Part shown: positions 17,770 through 28,400 of the stretch, in pieces
Layout of the letters: each line of letters starts with the position of its first letter
Position numbering within the stretch: position 1 is the first letter of the stretch
Assembly: GCA_029261195.1 (NCBI GenBank)
Contig: JAJDBU010000036.1
Coordinates: 6,087 to 70,086, forward strand
From: Nitrospirota bacterium
GTDB lineage: Bacteria > Nitrospirota > Nitrospiria > SBBL01 > JAADHI01
Reading direction: 5' to 3'
DNA: 64,000 nt
The notes under the pieces: model-generated
Seen by the model: only the letters and a program-made list of their open reading frames with translations
Told to the model about the DNA's origin: nothing
Database searches by the model: none
Made by a program: the position numbers and the translations under genes

Positions 17770-19131
17770 TCACATGGTTTCAACGGTATCACCCCTCTGG
17801 AAAGCCTCTTTTAAGACCGCTTGCATCAGTTGTTCACTGTGTGTTTGAGCGGTTGTGATTTGCTGTTCCAGTTGATCGCAGAGGGCCAGCAGTTTTTCGA
17901 CTTTGGTGACGATGGTTTTTTGTTCAGGAAGTGGGGGAAGAGGAAAAAGCCCCCCATTTAATATTCTCTGATTTAGATTTGCCATTGTTTGACCAACGGA
18001 AGTATCTGCTAGTTGTTTTTGAAAAAAGGATGATCTGTAGACTTTTACAAAGAAATCTTTTGAAATAAATTCTGACGCTTGAATGAAGAATGAGCCTGTA
18101 CCACAAAGCCAACCTTCTTCTTGTTTGCTAACTATTGCACATTTTGACAAGTTACCCCTTCTCGCAATGACGAATTCACCAGCTTTTAAGACATACTTTG
18201 AAAGTCTTTCCCTTGTTTTCTTGTCTATCATCATTTTTCCATTTGGAACAATAACGCCATTTACTATGTTGGCTGGATTTACAAGCGGGATTCCATTAGG
18301 GACATAATCTGATTTGTGTAGCATGGTTCCAAATGGACCAGTCGAAAATTTATTCAGCAAAACACCAATTCGACACCAGGTCCACCCCTCCGGCAATTCA
18401 AACGATTTTTCTTCCTCACTAATGGGTGACAGTGGTGTTTGTTTTTTGATTTTTTTGTCTTTAATCAGTTGTTCTTTTTCTGCCTGAATGAGTTTTAATA
18501 ATTCACTGGCAGGTTCGACATCGGGGTTTTGTTTGCGCCAGTCAGCAGTGAGTTTGCCTTCAATGGCTTCCTGTAAAATGCTTTGGCGTAGTTTTTTCAG
18601 CAGGTCTTTTTGATGGGTGAGTTCGGTCGTTAAATCGTTATTTTTTTGCTTATATCGCTTAAACCATAAAATAAAATTACCTTGTTCTTTAATATTGGGT
18701 AGATTTACCTCTTGGTCAAAGAATTTATTTTTTTGTAGTCTAATTCTTTGTGTTGTCCCATCACTCCCTGTTCTGCATATCTCATCAAACCAGCGTGTAG
18801 CTGTTAGCTCAAGAAAGAAATGTTTATCTACAATATTGTCATCAATTTCAAAATACCAAAAATCATTGGTAACAACAGCACCATCGAGTTCTTTCGGTAC
18901 AATTCCAAAAGCACCATTCCGGGCGTCAATTCCTGAAAGTATGAAGTCATTTTCTTTCACTTCATACATCTTGGATTTTATTTGTGAACCAAGTTTTTCT
19001 TCCCGTAGTAAAACCCCTTTATGGTTCATTTTGACTGTAACCAGTTTGTATTTCTTTTCTTTCAACAAATTCACAGGTCGTTTAATGCGATGTAAAAATT
19101 TCCCGATTAATATAGGTTTACTTTCTACCAC
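17770..19131 (-). CDS. hsdS: Type I R-M specificity subunit HsdS
   Basis: 453 aa. It has two target-recognition halves separated by a coiled conserved region (LLKKLRQSILQEAIEGKLT... and C-terminal KVEKLLALCDQLEQQI). Its start overlaps the hsdM stop. Confidence 0.85.
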   Translation of the reverse strand: MVESKPILIGKFLHRIKRPVNLLKEKKYKLVTVKMNHKGVLLREEKLGSQIKSKMYEVKENDFILSGIDARNGAFGIVPKELDGAVVTNDFWYFEIDDNIVDKHFFLELTATRWFDEICRTGSDGTTQRIRLQKNKFFDQEVNLPNIKEQGNFILWFKRYKQKNNDLTTELTHQKDLLKKLRQSILQEAIEGKLTADWRKQNPDVEPASELLKLIQAEKEQLIKDKKIKKQTPLSPISEEEKSFELPEGWTWCRIGVLLNKFSTGPFGTMLHKSDYVPNGIPLVNPANIVNGVIVPNGKMMIDKKTRERLSKYVLKAGEFVIARRGNLSKCAIVSKQEEGWLCGTGSFFIQASEFISKDFFVKVYRSSFFQKQLADTSVGQTMANLNQRILNGGLFPLPPLPEQKTIVTKVEKLLALCDQLEQQITTAQTHSEQLMQAVLKEAFQRGDTVETM

Positions 19132-20555
19132 TACGCCAATTCCTTCCGAAGCTGCACCAGAAGGTCATCACTTTTTCCAAAAGACTGATGCAATAAATCC
19201 AGCAGTTCCGCGCTACTGTATTGCTTTTCTTCTTCGGGCTGGTGCGGGTTTTTAATGTCGAGGTTGTAGCCGCTTTCGATGATGGTCTTAATGTCCACCT
19301 GCCACGCCTGTTCATTGGCTTCGCGCTTCTTCCACCATTGTTTCAGCGTGTCAAATTCGGCTAATTGAATAGGCTTCGTTTTGGAATAGGCTTTCTGGTT
19401 TTCTGGCAAAAGGTGTTGGTAGTACCAGATATTTTTTGTCGGCTTGCCCTTGGTAAAAAACAAAAGATTGGTTGCAACAGAGGCGTAGGGCTGGAAAACC
19501 GAGTTAGGAAGACGAATAATCGTGTGCAAATTACAATCTTCCAGCAGCTTTTGACGAATGCGCTGTTTTACGCCGTCTCCCGTGAGTGAGCCATCGGGCA
19601 GAACAATTGCGGCGCGGCCACCGTCTTTGAGCAGGTGAATCATCAGGATTAAAAACAGGTCTGCCGATTCCTTGGTGCGGTAGTTTTGCGGGAAATTATT
19701 TTCGTTGTTGTTGGACACCACACCACCAAATGGCGGATTAGCGAGGATGGCATCAACACGGTCTTTTCGTCGGTATTCGATTAAAGGGCGGCTGAGTGAA
19801 TCATCAAAACGAATGTCCGGCACTTCAATATCATGCAAGACCAAGTTGGTCGTTGCCAGAAGGTAGGGCAAGGGTTTGTATTCCCAGCCCCTCACGTTAT
19901 CTTGCAGACGTTTACGGTCTTCCAAAGTAAGGCATTTCTCTTTCAAGTGCTCAATGGTGGCGGTTAAAAAGCCCCCTGTCCCGCAAGATGGGTCAAGAAT
20001 CTTTTCCCCTAACTTGGGGTCAGTTAAATCCGTGAGCAACTGCACGATGGCTCTGGGTGTGTAAAATTCGCCACTTTTACCCGCGCTTTGTAATTCTTTT
20101 AAAATGGTTTCGTAGATGTCCCCGAAAATGTGTTTGTCTTCGCTGTTGTTGAAGTCGATCTCGTTGAGCTTGTTGATCACCTGCCGAAGCGTCGTACCGG
20201 ACTTCATATAGTTGTGATTGCCGTCAAAAACTTCATGCACCATCAAGGCGCGTTTGTTCCCCGTGGATAAATCGAGATTACTCAGGGTGGGGAATAATTT
20301 TTGATCAACAAAGCGTAGCAGTTCATCCCCTGTCATCCCTTCGTCATCCCCTGCCCACTCGTCCCAGTGCAGTTCAGCAGGGATGGGAGAGAGATAGCCT
20401 TCCTGTATCACTTCCAGTTCTTTGTCTTTGTCGCTGAATATTTTAAGAAAGAGCATCCATCCGAGTTGTTCGATGCGCTGTGCGTCCCCGTTGATGCCAG
20501 TGTCTTCCCGCATGATGTTACGAATTCTTTTGATGATGCCGCTGATATTTGCCAT
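19131..20555 (-). CDS. hsdM: Type I R-M N6-adenine DNA methyltransferase HsdM
   Basis: 474 aa. It has an HsdM N-terminal domain, SAM motif ILDPSCGTGGFL and catalytic NPPFGG. Confidence 0.9.
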   Translation of the reverse strand: MANISGIIKRIRNIMREDTGINGDAQRIEQLGWMLFLKIFSDKDKELEVIQEGYLSPIPAELHWDEWAGDDEGMTGDELLRFVDQKLFPTLSNLDLSTGNKRALMVHEVFDGNHNYMKSGTTLRQVINKLNEIDFNNSEDKHIFGDIYETILKELQSAGKSGEFYTPRAIVQLLTDLTDPKLGEKILDPSCGTGGFLTATIEHLKEKCLTLEDRKRLQDNVRGWEYKPLPYLLATTNLVLHDIEVPDIRFDDSLSRPLIEYRRKDRVDAILANPPFGGVVSNNNENNFPQNYRTKESADLFLILMIHLLKDGGRAAIVLPDGSLTGDGVKQRIRQKLLEDCNLHTIIRLPNSVFQPYASVATNLLFFTKGKPTKNIWYYQHLLPENQKAYSKTKPIQLAEFDTLKQWWKKREANEQAWQVDIKTIIESGYNLDIKNPHQPEEEKQYSSAELLDLLHQSFGKSDDLLVQLRKELA

Positions 20556-22940
20556 TTATCCTACCTTGTAAATTTCATGTTCGAGTTCCGTAATCGCTTT
20601 CTGGTATTGCACCTTGCCGCCAAAGAGTTTGATAATTTCCAGCGGGGAGCCAAATTCATTGATGGGTTTGAGCTGTAACACCTTCATCTCCTCGATGTTC
20701 TCAATGCCTTCATCGGCATATTTATCCAGAAGAGCTTCGAGCACCTTGCGGGCTTGTTCGCCATACTTTGTAAAGTAATCGCGCTTCTTGACGGCTTTCG
20801 CACGCTCGGCGCGAGTAAGCGGAGGCCGGTCAAAAGCCGCGTGACAAATAAGATCGAAGATGTCCATCTCCTTATTGATGGCCTCCACAAAATTTTCAAG
20901 CACAATACCTTGTTCAGTTAATTCCTCAATAATTACTTTTTTCTTGTCGGCATTATTCCAGCGATTTAGAAAATCATCCAGTGATTGATACTGTTCCAAA
21001 ACTTGCTGGCGGGTGTAGTCTTTGAGACTGCCCGTGATCAGCTTGCCGTTGCCATCCATGTATTGAAACCGCTCATTGAGCACCGCCACATTCACCCCGT
21101 TCACATAGTATTTTTCTCTGGGTTCGGTATCGATGCCACCGCCGTCAATGATGGGCGGGGGTGTTTGAGGCGGCTCAAAAATTACTTCTTCGCCGTCTTC
21201 TTCGGTAATCGGTTCATCATCCATTTCGTTTTCCGGCGAATCGAATTCGTCATCTTCATCCATCACTTTGACTTTGACCGGATCGCCGTCAAAGTCCGGG
21301 TCTGCAAAAAGATCGGTCACATTCCTAAAATCCATAATGGTGAAGAAGGTCTTGCCAAATTCTTCATTGATGCGCGTTCCGCGCCCGATAATTTGTTTGA
21401 ATTCGGTCATAGAACCGATATTGCTATCCAGCACAATCAATTTACAGGTTTGAGCATCTATACCCGTGGTCATCAATTTTGAGGTGGTCGCAATAACAGG
21501 GTATTTTTCTTCGGGGTTGATGAAGTTGTCTATCTCCCGCTTTCCCTCGTCATTATCCCCCGTGATTTGCATGACAAATTTACTGTTCTCTGCCATCAAG
21601 TCGCTGTTTGCGTTGGCAATGGCAGCACGCATTCTCTGGGCATGATCAATATCAACACAGAAAATGATTGTCTTATCAAAGCGGTGGGTCTTTTTCAGGT
21701 ATTCGGTGACTTTTCTCGCAACGGTTTCTGTTCGCTCATCAATCACCAGATTCTTATCAAAATCTTTTCGGTTATAAATACGGTCTTCAACCAACGCGCC
21801 TTGTTTGTCCGTTTTACCCTGTTCGGGTCGCCAGCCTTCAAGATCAACATTCAAGCCAACACGAAGCACCTTGTAAGGCGCAAGAAAGCCGTCATTGATG
21901 CCTTGCTTGAGCGAATAGGTATAGATGGGGTCGCCAAAATATTCGGTGCTGGAAATGGTCTCCGTTTCTTTGGGTGTGGCGGTTAAGCCGATATGGGTGG
22001 CCGTTTTGAAGTAGCTCAAGATTTCCCGCCATGCGCTATCTTCTGCGGCACTGCCACGGTGACATTCATCAATCACGATCAAGTCAAAAAAATTCCGGCT
22101 GAATTCTCGATAAGCGTCTTTGTCTTCATCATAATTGGTCAAGCCTTGATAAAGCGCGAGATATATCTCGTAGGATTTGTCAATTTGCTTCTTTTTGATC
22201 ACCGTCATCTTGTCTTTAAAATGACGAAAATCGCCTCGCTTGGTTTGGTCAATCAATGCGTTTCGATCCGCAAGAAAAAGAATCCGCTTTTTTGTGCCGC
22301 TTTTCCAAAGCCGGTGAATAATCTGAAATGCGGTGTAGGTTTTCCCCGTACCTGTTGCCATTGTCAGTAAAATGCGGTTTTGTCCCTTGGCAATGGCTTC
22401 AACGCTTCGATTGATGGCGATTTGCTGGTAGTAGCGCGGCGATCTGCCGGAGCCGTCAAAAAAATACGCCTGTGAAGAGATTCTTTCCTGTTCTTGTGTG
22501 GCAATGCCTTTGTATTTTTTATAGCGTTGCCATAGCTCGTCCGGTGTAGGGAATTGATCAAGAGTGAGTTCTTTTTCTATCTGCCCCTCTGTGCGCGTTC
22601 TATCGTGCTCAAAGAAACCATCGCCATTACTGCTATAGACAGAAGGAATATCAAGGATTTCTGCATAGCCTAAACCCTGCTGGATGCCTGCCCGTACTGT
22701 GTGCTTGTTGTCTTTTGCTTCGATAATGGCGATGGGAATATTGGCCTTGTAGTACAAGATGTAATCTGCCCTTTTTCGTTTTCCCCGACTTGAGAGATTT
22801 CCCTTCACATAGATTCGACCGTCAGTGAAAGAAACTTCTTCTCGAATCTGTGTTTGAAGGTTCCACCCTGCTTTTTCCAAAGCAGGTGTGATGTATTTTG
22901 TACAAATATCCCTTTCAGACAGTTCTTTTTTCGAGGTCAT
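20556..22940 (-). CDS. hsdR: Type I restriction endonuclease subunit HsdR
   Basis: 794 aa. It has an N-terminal nuclease-like region, helicase motif I MATGTGKTYTA and motif II VIDECHRG. It abuts the hsdM start. Confidence 0.9.
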   Translation of the reverse strand: MTSKKELSERDICTKYITPALEKAGWNLQTQIREEVSFTDGRIYVKGNLSSRGKRKRADYILYYKANIPIAIIEAKDNKHTVRAGIQQGLGYAEILDIPSVYSSNGDGFFEHDRTRTEGQIEKELTLDQFPTPDELWQRYKKYKGIATQEQERISSQAYFFDGSGRSPRYYQQIAINRSVEAIAKGQNRILLTMATGTGKTYTAFQIIHRLWKSGTKKRILFLADRNALIDQTKRGDFRHFKDKMTVIKKKQIDKSYEIYLALYQGLTNYDEDKDAYREFSRNFFDLIVIDECHRGSAAEDSAWREILSYFKTATHIGLTATPKETETISSTEYFGDPIYTYSLKQGINDGFLAPYKVLRVGLNVDLEGWRPEQGKTDKQGALVEDRIYNRKDFDKNLVIDERTETVARKVTEYLKKTHRFDKTIIFCVDIDHAQRMRAAIANANSDLMAENSKFVMQITGDNDEGKREIDNFINPEEKYPVIATTSKLMTTGIDAQTCKLIVLDSNIGSMTEFKQIIGRGTRINEEFGKTFFTIMDFRNVTDLFADPDFDGDPVKVKVMDEDDEFDSPENEMDDEPITEEDGEEVIFEPPQTPPPIIDGGGIDTEPREKYYVNGVNVAVLNERFQYMDGNGKLITGSLKDYTRQQVLEQYQSLDDFLNRWNNADKKKVIIEELTEQGIVLENFVEAINKEMDIFDLICHAAFDRPPLTRAERAKAVKKRDYFTKYGEQARKVLEALLDKYADEGIENIEEMKVLQLKPINEFGSPLEIIKLFGGKVQYQKAITELEHEIYKVG

Positions 22941-23123
22941 CTTATTTCTCTATCCGTCACTTAGGGTTTTATTCCTTTTTTGACTTCGATAATCCCCTAG
23001 GGAAACAAATTTCAATATAGCCATCATTTCTAGCTATAGCAATATTTCTTCAGTTTCTACATGTACTAAATTATTGCCGGTTCTTTGTCTCGTTTCTGTG
23101 TCGTGAGATAAAAAGAGGAACGA

Positions 23124-23843
23124 TCAGAGACAAATGAAATTCCGCCTCTTTTTCCTGAGGCGCATCCGGCCGTAGGCCGAGCCGAAACCAATTAGGAGCA
23201 GGATCAAGAGACCGATATAGAACCGTCGTGATCCGGGCTCTAATAGGGTATTTCCAAGAAAACCAAAGGCAAACGCCCTCGGGGTGAGGCCAAGGAAATG
23301 TGCAGCAAGATAGTTCTTGAACTGCATATGAGAAAGCCCTGCTCCGTAATTGATGACCGTGACCGGCATAATAGGGAGGAGGCTCAAAAGGAAAACAACG
23401 GAGAAACTGAAACGATAACTATCAATCTCCCCTGCGCCGAATTTGAGTCTACTCATGACATATTCATGTCCCATAAGCCGGGCAATCCAAAAGCCGACCG
23501 TCCCGCCCAGGGCCGCCCCGACCGAAGCATAAACCGGCCCCCAGATTGGGCCGAAGGCTAAGCCTCCTGCAATAAAAAGGGCAATTGAGGGAATCAGAAA
23601 TATGGGGCGAATGATAAAGATAGCAGTATAGAGGATCGAGCCGAAGACCCCCAGGGATAGGACAAAGTGCTTAAAAGTTTCAGGAGTCAGGTGAAAACCG
23701 CGCCGAAAACTCAGGTAGCCGGTCACTCCACCAATAGCAACAAGGACGACAAACTTGATGAACCGCTTTTTTGGATCAGGCCCTAAGAGGAAACTGGATA
23801 TTATCTTGAATAAATCTTTGCGCGTATGAGGGGGATAGCCCAT
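23124..23843 (-). CDS. TVP38/TMEM64 (DedA-related) family membrane protein
   Basis: 239 aa polytopic membrane protein. The segment PIMPVTVINYGAGLSHMQFKNYL is typical of the family. Confidence 0.65.
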   Translation of the reverse strand: MGYPPHTRKDLFKIISSFLLGPDPKKRFIKFVVLVAIGGVTGYLSFRRGFHLTPETFKHFVLSLGVFGSILYTAIFIIRPIFLIPSIALFIAGGLAFGPIWGPVYASVGAALGGTVGFWIARLMGHEYVMSRLKFGAGEIDSYRFSFSVVFLLSLLPIMPVTVINYGAGLSHMQFKNYLAAHFLGLTPRAFAFGFLGNTLLEPGSRRFYIGLLILLLIGFGSAYGRMRLRKKRRNFICL

Positions 23844-23903
23844 AAAATCCTGTTCGCTCTTCTAGATCTAATGTCACTCTTGTTTTATAGATTTTCGTCT
23901 GTT

Positions 23904-23932
23904 TTGACAATGCCATATTGATTTAATACTAT
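23904..23932 (+). promoter_or_regulatory. Candidate sigma70-type promoter for the HU gene
   Basis: TTGACA (23904..23909), a 17-nt spacer, then TACTAT (23927..23932), ~45 nt upstream of the ATG. This is a sequence match only. Confidence 0.4.
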
Positions 23933-23975
23933 CGGACTCTGCCCATCAAACCGACAAATAACAAGGGGACATTCC

Positions 23976-24254
23976 ATGACAAAAAGTAAACTTATCGAGG
24001 AAATTTCGAAATCAGTTTCTAATGATGCTCTCAATGACAAGTCGATTGAATCAATTGTCTCAGGCGCTTTTACGACAATTGGGGAAACGATTAAGAAAAC
24101 CGGTCGGTTCAGTTATCCGGGCTTCGGAACATTTACCGTAACAAATCGGTCCGCCCGAAAGGGTCGAAATCCTAGGACGGGGGAGGCGATTGATATCAAG
24201 GCTTCAAAGTCAATTAAGTTCAAACCAGCACCTGCGTTGAAGGACAATTTGTAA
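23976..24254 (+). CDS. HU/IHF-family DNA-binding protein
   Basis: 92 aa. MTKSKLIEEISK...GFGTFTVTNRSARKGRNPRTGEAIDIKASKSIKFKPAPALKD is the canonical HU beta-arm region. Confidence 0.85.
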   Translation: MTKSKLIEEISKSVSNDALNDKSIESIVSGAFTTIGETIKKTGRFSYPGFGTFTVTNRSARKGRNPRTGEAIDIKASKSIKFKPAPALKDNL

Positions 24255-24376
24255 CAAAGACGAGAACCCTTAATTTATCAAAACACTGATTTTTCTTGAC
24301 CTCTTTTCATGACTCCATTAATGTTATGTGACATGAAAGAATAATACATGACATTAAAACTGCGAGTATCTTTAAG

Positions 24377-24568
24377 ATGGCTAAAGGAAATAGCGGTCGA
24401 ATCGTTATCGAGATCGATCCTGAATTAAAGCAAGAACTTTACGAGGCACTTGGTGTCAAAGAACTTAACTTGAAGCAGTGGTTCTTGAGCCATGTCAATC
24501 AGCTTTTAGCAGAAAGGCAGCCCTCTTTGCCTATGTTCAAATCGCAAGAATTGAGCAAGAGATCTTAA
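24377..24568 (+). CDS. Small ribbon-helix-helix-like protein, first gene of the Ssp-like operon
   Basis: 63 aa. The pattern is a beta strand (RIVIEID), a helix (PELKQELYEAL), a turn and a second helix (KQWFLSHVNQLLAE). Its stop is 3 nt before the ATG of the DUF4007 gene. Confidence 0.45.
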   Translation: MAKGNSGRIVIEIDPELKQELYEALGVKELNLKQWFLSHVNQLLAERQPSLPMFKSQELSKRS

Positions 24569-24571
24569 GCC

Positions 24572-25492
24572 ATGAAATTCAACCCTAATAAAGCTGCATT
24601 TGGACGGCATGAAACGTTCGCGCTGCGGTATAGCTGGCTAACGAAAGGCTATCAAGCCTTGGGGCATGATTCAAAGGTGTTTTCATCCGACAATGCCACG
24701 GTTACGCTTGGCGTCGGGAAAAATATGGTCAACGCCATCCGGTATTGGCTTCTTGCCGCGCGTTTAATTGAGGCGGCTCCAGAAGGGCTAAAACCAACCG
24801 AACTGGGGGGAAAGATTTTTGGAAATAAGGGCTTCGACCCTTATTTGGAGGACGAAGGGACGATCTGGTTGATTCATTGGCTGATCGCAACAAATCCGGA
24901 ACAGGCAACGAGTTGGTACTGGTTTTTTAATTATTTTCACAAGGCCGAATTCACGGCGGGAGAAGTGGCGACTTCACTCTTTGAATTTGCCAAACAGAAA
25001 ATTAAATCCAAGTTTTCGGCAAGCACGGTCAAACAGGACGCATCCATCGTCTTGCGCATGTATGCGCGTTCGAGGGGCAATACCCGCACCCCGATTGAAG
25101 AGGCCCTTGATTCTCCCCTTTCTCTACTGAACCTGATTTCCCAAGCTGAGGGCGGACGGACTTATTTTTCGCCTCCGGCAGAACGCGAAGCACTGCCTAC
25201 CGGAATCTTTGGTTTTGCAGTAGCAGAGTTGTTTCGTGTTATGGATGTCCGAGAACTTCCAATCCAAGATCTGATGTATGCAAAGAACACTTACCCCTCA
25301 CCCGGAGCCGTGTTCCGCCTGACCGAAAATGGACTGATTACAAAGCTCGAAAAAATGATTCATCTCCTTCCGGGTATTTTTGAAATCCGAGAGACGGCAG
25401 GCATCCATCAACTTTACCTACTTGAGGAGGTTGACCCTACACATTTTTTGGAAGCCCATTATATTGAACAATGCGAGGCAGAAGCAGCATGA
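24572..25492 (+). CDS. sspB: DUF4007-family protein (SspB-like, phosphorothioation nickase family)
   Basis: 306 aa. The N-terminal FGRHETFALRYSWLTKGY matches my memory of the DUF4007 signature. Gene order is DUF4007, large ATPase, PAPS-reductase-like, as in sspBCD. Confidence 0.6.
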   Translation: MKFNPNKAAFGRHETFALRYSWLTKGYQALGHDSKVFSSDNATVTLGVGKNMVNAIRYWLLAARLIEAAPEGLKPTELGGKIFGNKGFDPYLEDEGTIWLIHWLIATNPEQATSWYWFFNYFHKAEFTAGEVATSLFEFAKQKIKSKFSASTVKQDASIVLRMYARSRGNTRTPIEEALDSPLSLLNLISQAEGGRTYFSPPAEREALPTGIFGFAVAELFRVMDVRELPIQDLMYAKNTYPSPGAVFRLTENGLITKLEKMIHLLPGIFEIRETAGIHQLYLLEEVDPTHFLEAHYIEQCEAEAA

Positions 25493-28400
25493 GCCTAATC
25501 GATAAGGTTCGGGTCAATACCCACTACACACGGTCTATTAATCTCATCCGTGATGCCGATTCGCTGCCTGTCATTGAATCCTATATTCCAACCTCGCGTG
25601 CCTTGCGGACTTTTGGCGTCATACAAGAATCCCTCAAGGCCAAGGAAAGTCCCCGTGCCTGGTCATTAGTCGGACCTTATGGCTCGGGGAAGTCCTCCTT
25701 TGCACTCTTCCTCGCTCATCTGCTCCAACACCCAGACTTGGAAAGTACAAAAACAGCACACAATATTCTAAAGAAAAGTGACCCAGTCCTAGCAAAACAA
25801 CTCATCAAATTAACGAAAAAATCGGAAGGTTACTGTACGGTCTTACTCACCGGAAGTCCCGAATCGCTGGGCCGCCGAATAGTTAAAAGTCTCAACGAAA
25901 AGGCAAAAGAAATTTTCTCGCATCGCAGAGGACGGCGTCACAAAATTCTTGCGAAATTAGATGAACTCGTAAATAAACAGGAAGAACCTTCCACGACTGA
26001 AGTGCTTGTATGCGTCACTGAACTCCAAGATGCCATCGCACATATCGGCTATGCGGGCTTGCTGATTGTGATTGATGAATTGGGGAAATTTCTTGAATAT
26101 GAGGCACGTCACTCCGACAGTCATAATATCTTTTTGCTGCAAGATCTTGCCGAACATGCGCTTAGCTCCCACACCGCACCGTTCTCCCTCGTTGTTATGA
26201 TGCATCAGGCCTTCGAGCAATATGCACGTGGCTTGGGTGAAATCCTTAAAAACGAATGGGCCAAGGTGCAGGGGCGCTTTGAAAGCATCCCCTTTCTTGA
26301 AGCGACTGAACAGGTCTTGCGGGTCGTCGCAAGTGCCATCGAACATCGGTTTAGTACGCATGAAACAGAAAAAATCGAAAAATACGCAAAAAAAACAGCC
26401 CGTATTTTTGGCAAAGCGAAGGCGATCCCCGGAACAATGGATGAAGACACTGCTGCGAATTTGTTTCTCCGCTGCTATCCCTTGCATCCGGTCACGGTGC
26501 TACTGCTTCCCATTCTCTGCCAAAAAGTGGCGCAGAATGAGAGAACCCTCTTTAGTTATCTTGGCAGCCGGGAAACAAACGGTTTCCAAGACGCATTGCA
26601 GCGATGCACGAAAGTCGGGGACTGGATTCTCCCTTGGGAGATCTATGAGTACTTTATTCTCAGTCAGCCCGCCATGCTCTCCGATCACGCAACACGCCGC
26701 CGGTGGGCAGAAGTCGTTACAGCAATAGAACGCCTCGGAGATGCTCCAGATCATGAAGGGCAACTACTAAAAGCGGTGGGCTTGTTAAATATTGTTGGTG
26801 CTCAGGGGAATTTCAAGGCATCGAAAGAAATTGTTGAACTCTGTCTACCCACAAAAAAGGCCGTTTCGGAAATACTCAAAGCGCTGGATCGAAAATCTCT
26901 GATTCAATATCGTAAGTTCAGCGCCGAGTATCGGGTTTGGCAGGGAAGTGATTTTGAACTTGATACACACGTCGAGGAAGAACGAAGTAAGCTCGGTCGA
27001 TTTTCTCTTGCAGAAAAATTGAACAGCCGACACCCTCTTTTGCCGATTGTGGCCCGCCGCCATACCATCGAAAAAGGGGCTTTACGATATTTTACCCCGA
27101 TATTTGCCGATGCCGATTCATACCGACAGCTTTCGGAACGGGATGATCAGGCACGGCTCATTTTTTTCCTGTCTGAGAATAAAGAGGATGAGCAGTGCTT
27201 TCATGAATCCGTCCGTGACCATTTCTCTGATCTTGATATTGTCGCGCTCTGTGACAATGGCGAACAACTCCGTGAAACAGTGGGAGAAGTCCTGGCCTTG
27301 GAAGAGGTGCTGAAAAATTCTCAAGCGCTCAATTCCGATCCGGTTGCACAGCGCGGATTCAAAGACCGATTTGCCGCAACTCAAGCAAAAAAAGATGAAT
27401 TGCTTGCACGTTTAACCGGCGAACCGACACGGTCTCATTGGTATTGGAAGTCGAGCCGTCTCATGATTACAAGTAAAAGGGCATTGCAAAAAGAATTTTC
27501 ACGGGTTTTAGATGAGATCTATTACGCGACACCCATTATCAAAAATGAATTGATCAATCGAGATAAACCTTCGGCTCAGGCAAATGCAGCACGGAATAAA
27601 TTGGTCATCGCCATGTTAAATAACGAAGCTAAGGAAGATCTTGATTTTAAAAAGTTTCCGGCGGAAAAGGCCCTCTATCGTGCGGTCTTGAGAGAAACCC
27701 GACTGCATGTGCAGGGGAAAGATGGAACGTGGCAATTTCAGAGTTTTACCATTCAATCAGAATCAGACCCGTGCAACCTGCGCCATGTCTGGCAACGCAT
27801 TGAGGCATTTCTCGACGGGACAGAGCAAAAACCTCAGTCCCTTATTGAACTGAATCACGAATTGCTTGCCCCGCCCTATGGCGTAAAGGCGGGAGTCTTA
27901 CCCGTTCTTTACCTCACTGCCATGATAGCTAATCAAGAAGAGTTAGCGGTTTACGAAAATCGACGCTACTCCCCTTATCTTACCGAAGAACAAGTCGAAC
28001 GATTTATAAAACGCCCCGACGAATTTACTCTGCAACGCTTTCGAATCAGCGGTTTGAACCACTCGATTTTTCAGGAATATTCCAAGACCTTGTTCGGTGA
28101 TGAGAAAGGCCGTTCTCTTTTATCTATCGCGCGGCCCATTGCTACATTTATCGGCGAGTTGCCGGAATATACAAAAACGACGAAACGGGGACTTTCAAAA
28201 GAAGCCCAAGCTGTTCGAGATGCCTTTAAATTGGCCTTATCCCCCGTACAGCTTTTAATGGAAGATATTCCAAGTGCTTTAGGGATTGACCTGAAAAAAG
28301 CGCGTCAGGACGGTGAGGAAGTTAAGTCACTTTCTAATCGATTGACCGAAGCCCTCCGGGAATTAAAATACTGTTTAACCGGATTGCAGGAAGAAATGCG

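Noticed and set aside
25957-26728. 176-aa and 168-aa ORFs (25957..26487 minus, 26222..26728 plus) within the SspC-like ATPase gene.
   Set aside because: They are nested in or antisense to a 1168-aa frame with Walker A and B motifs. Their composition is Arg/Cys/Phe-rich, which is typical of off-frame translation.
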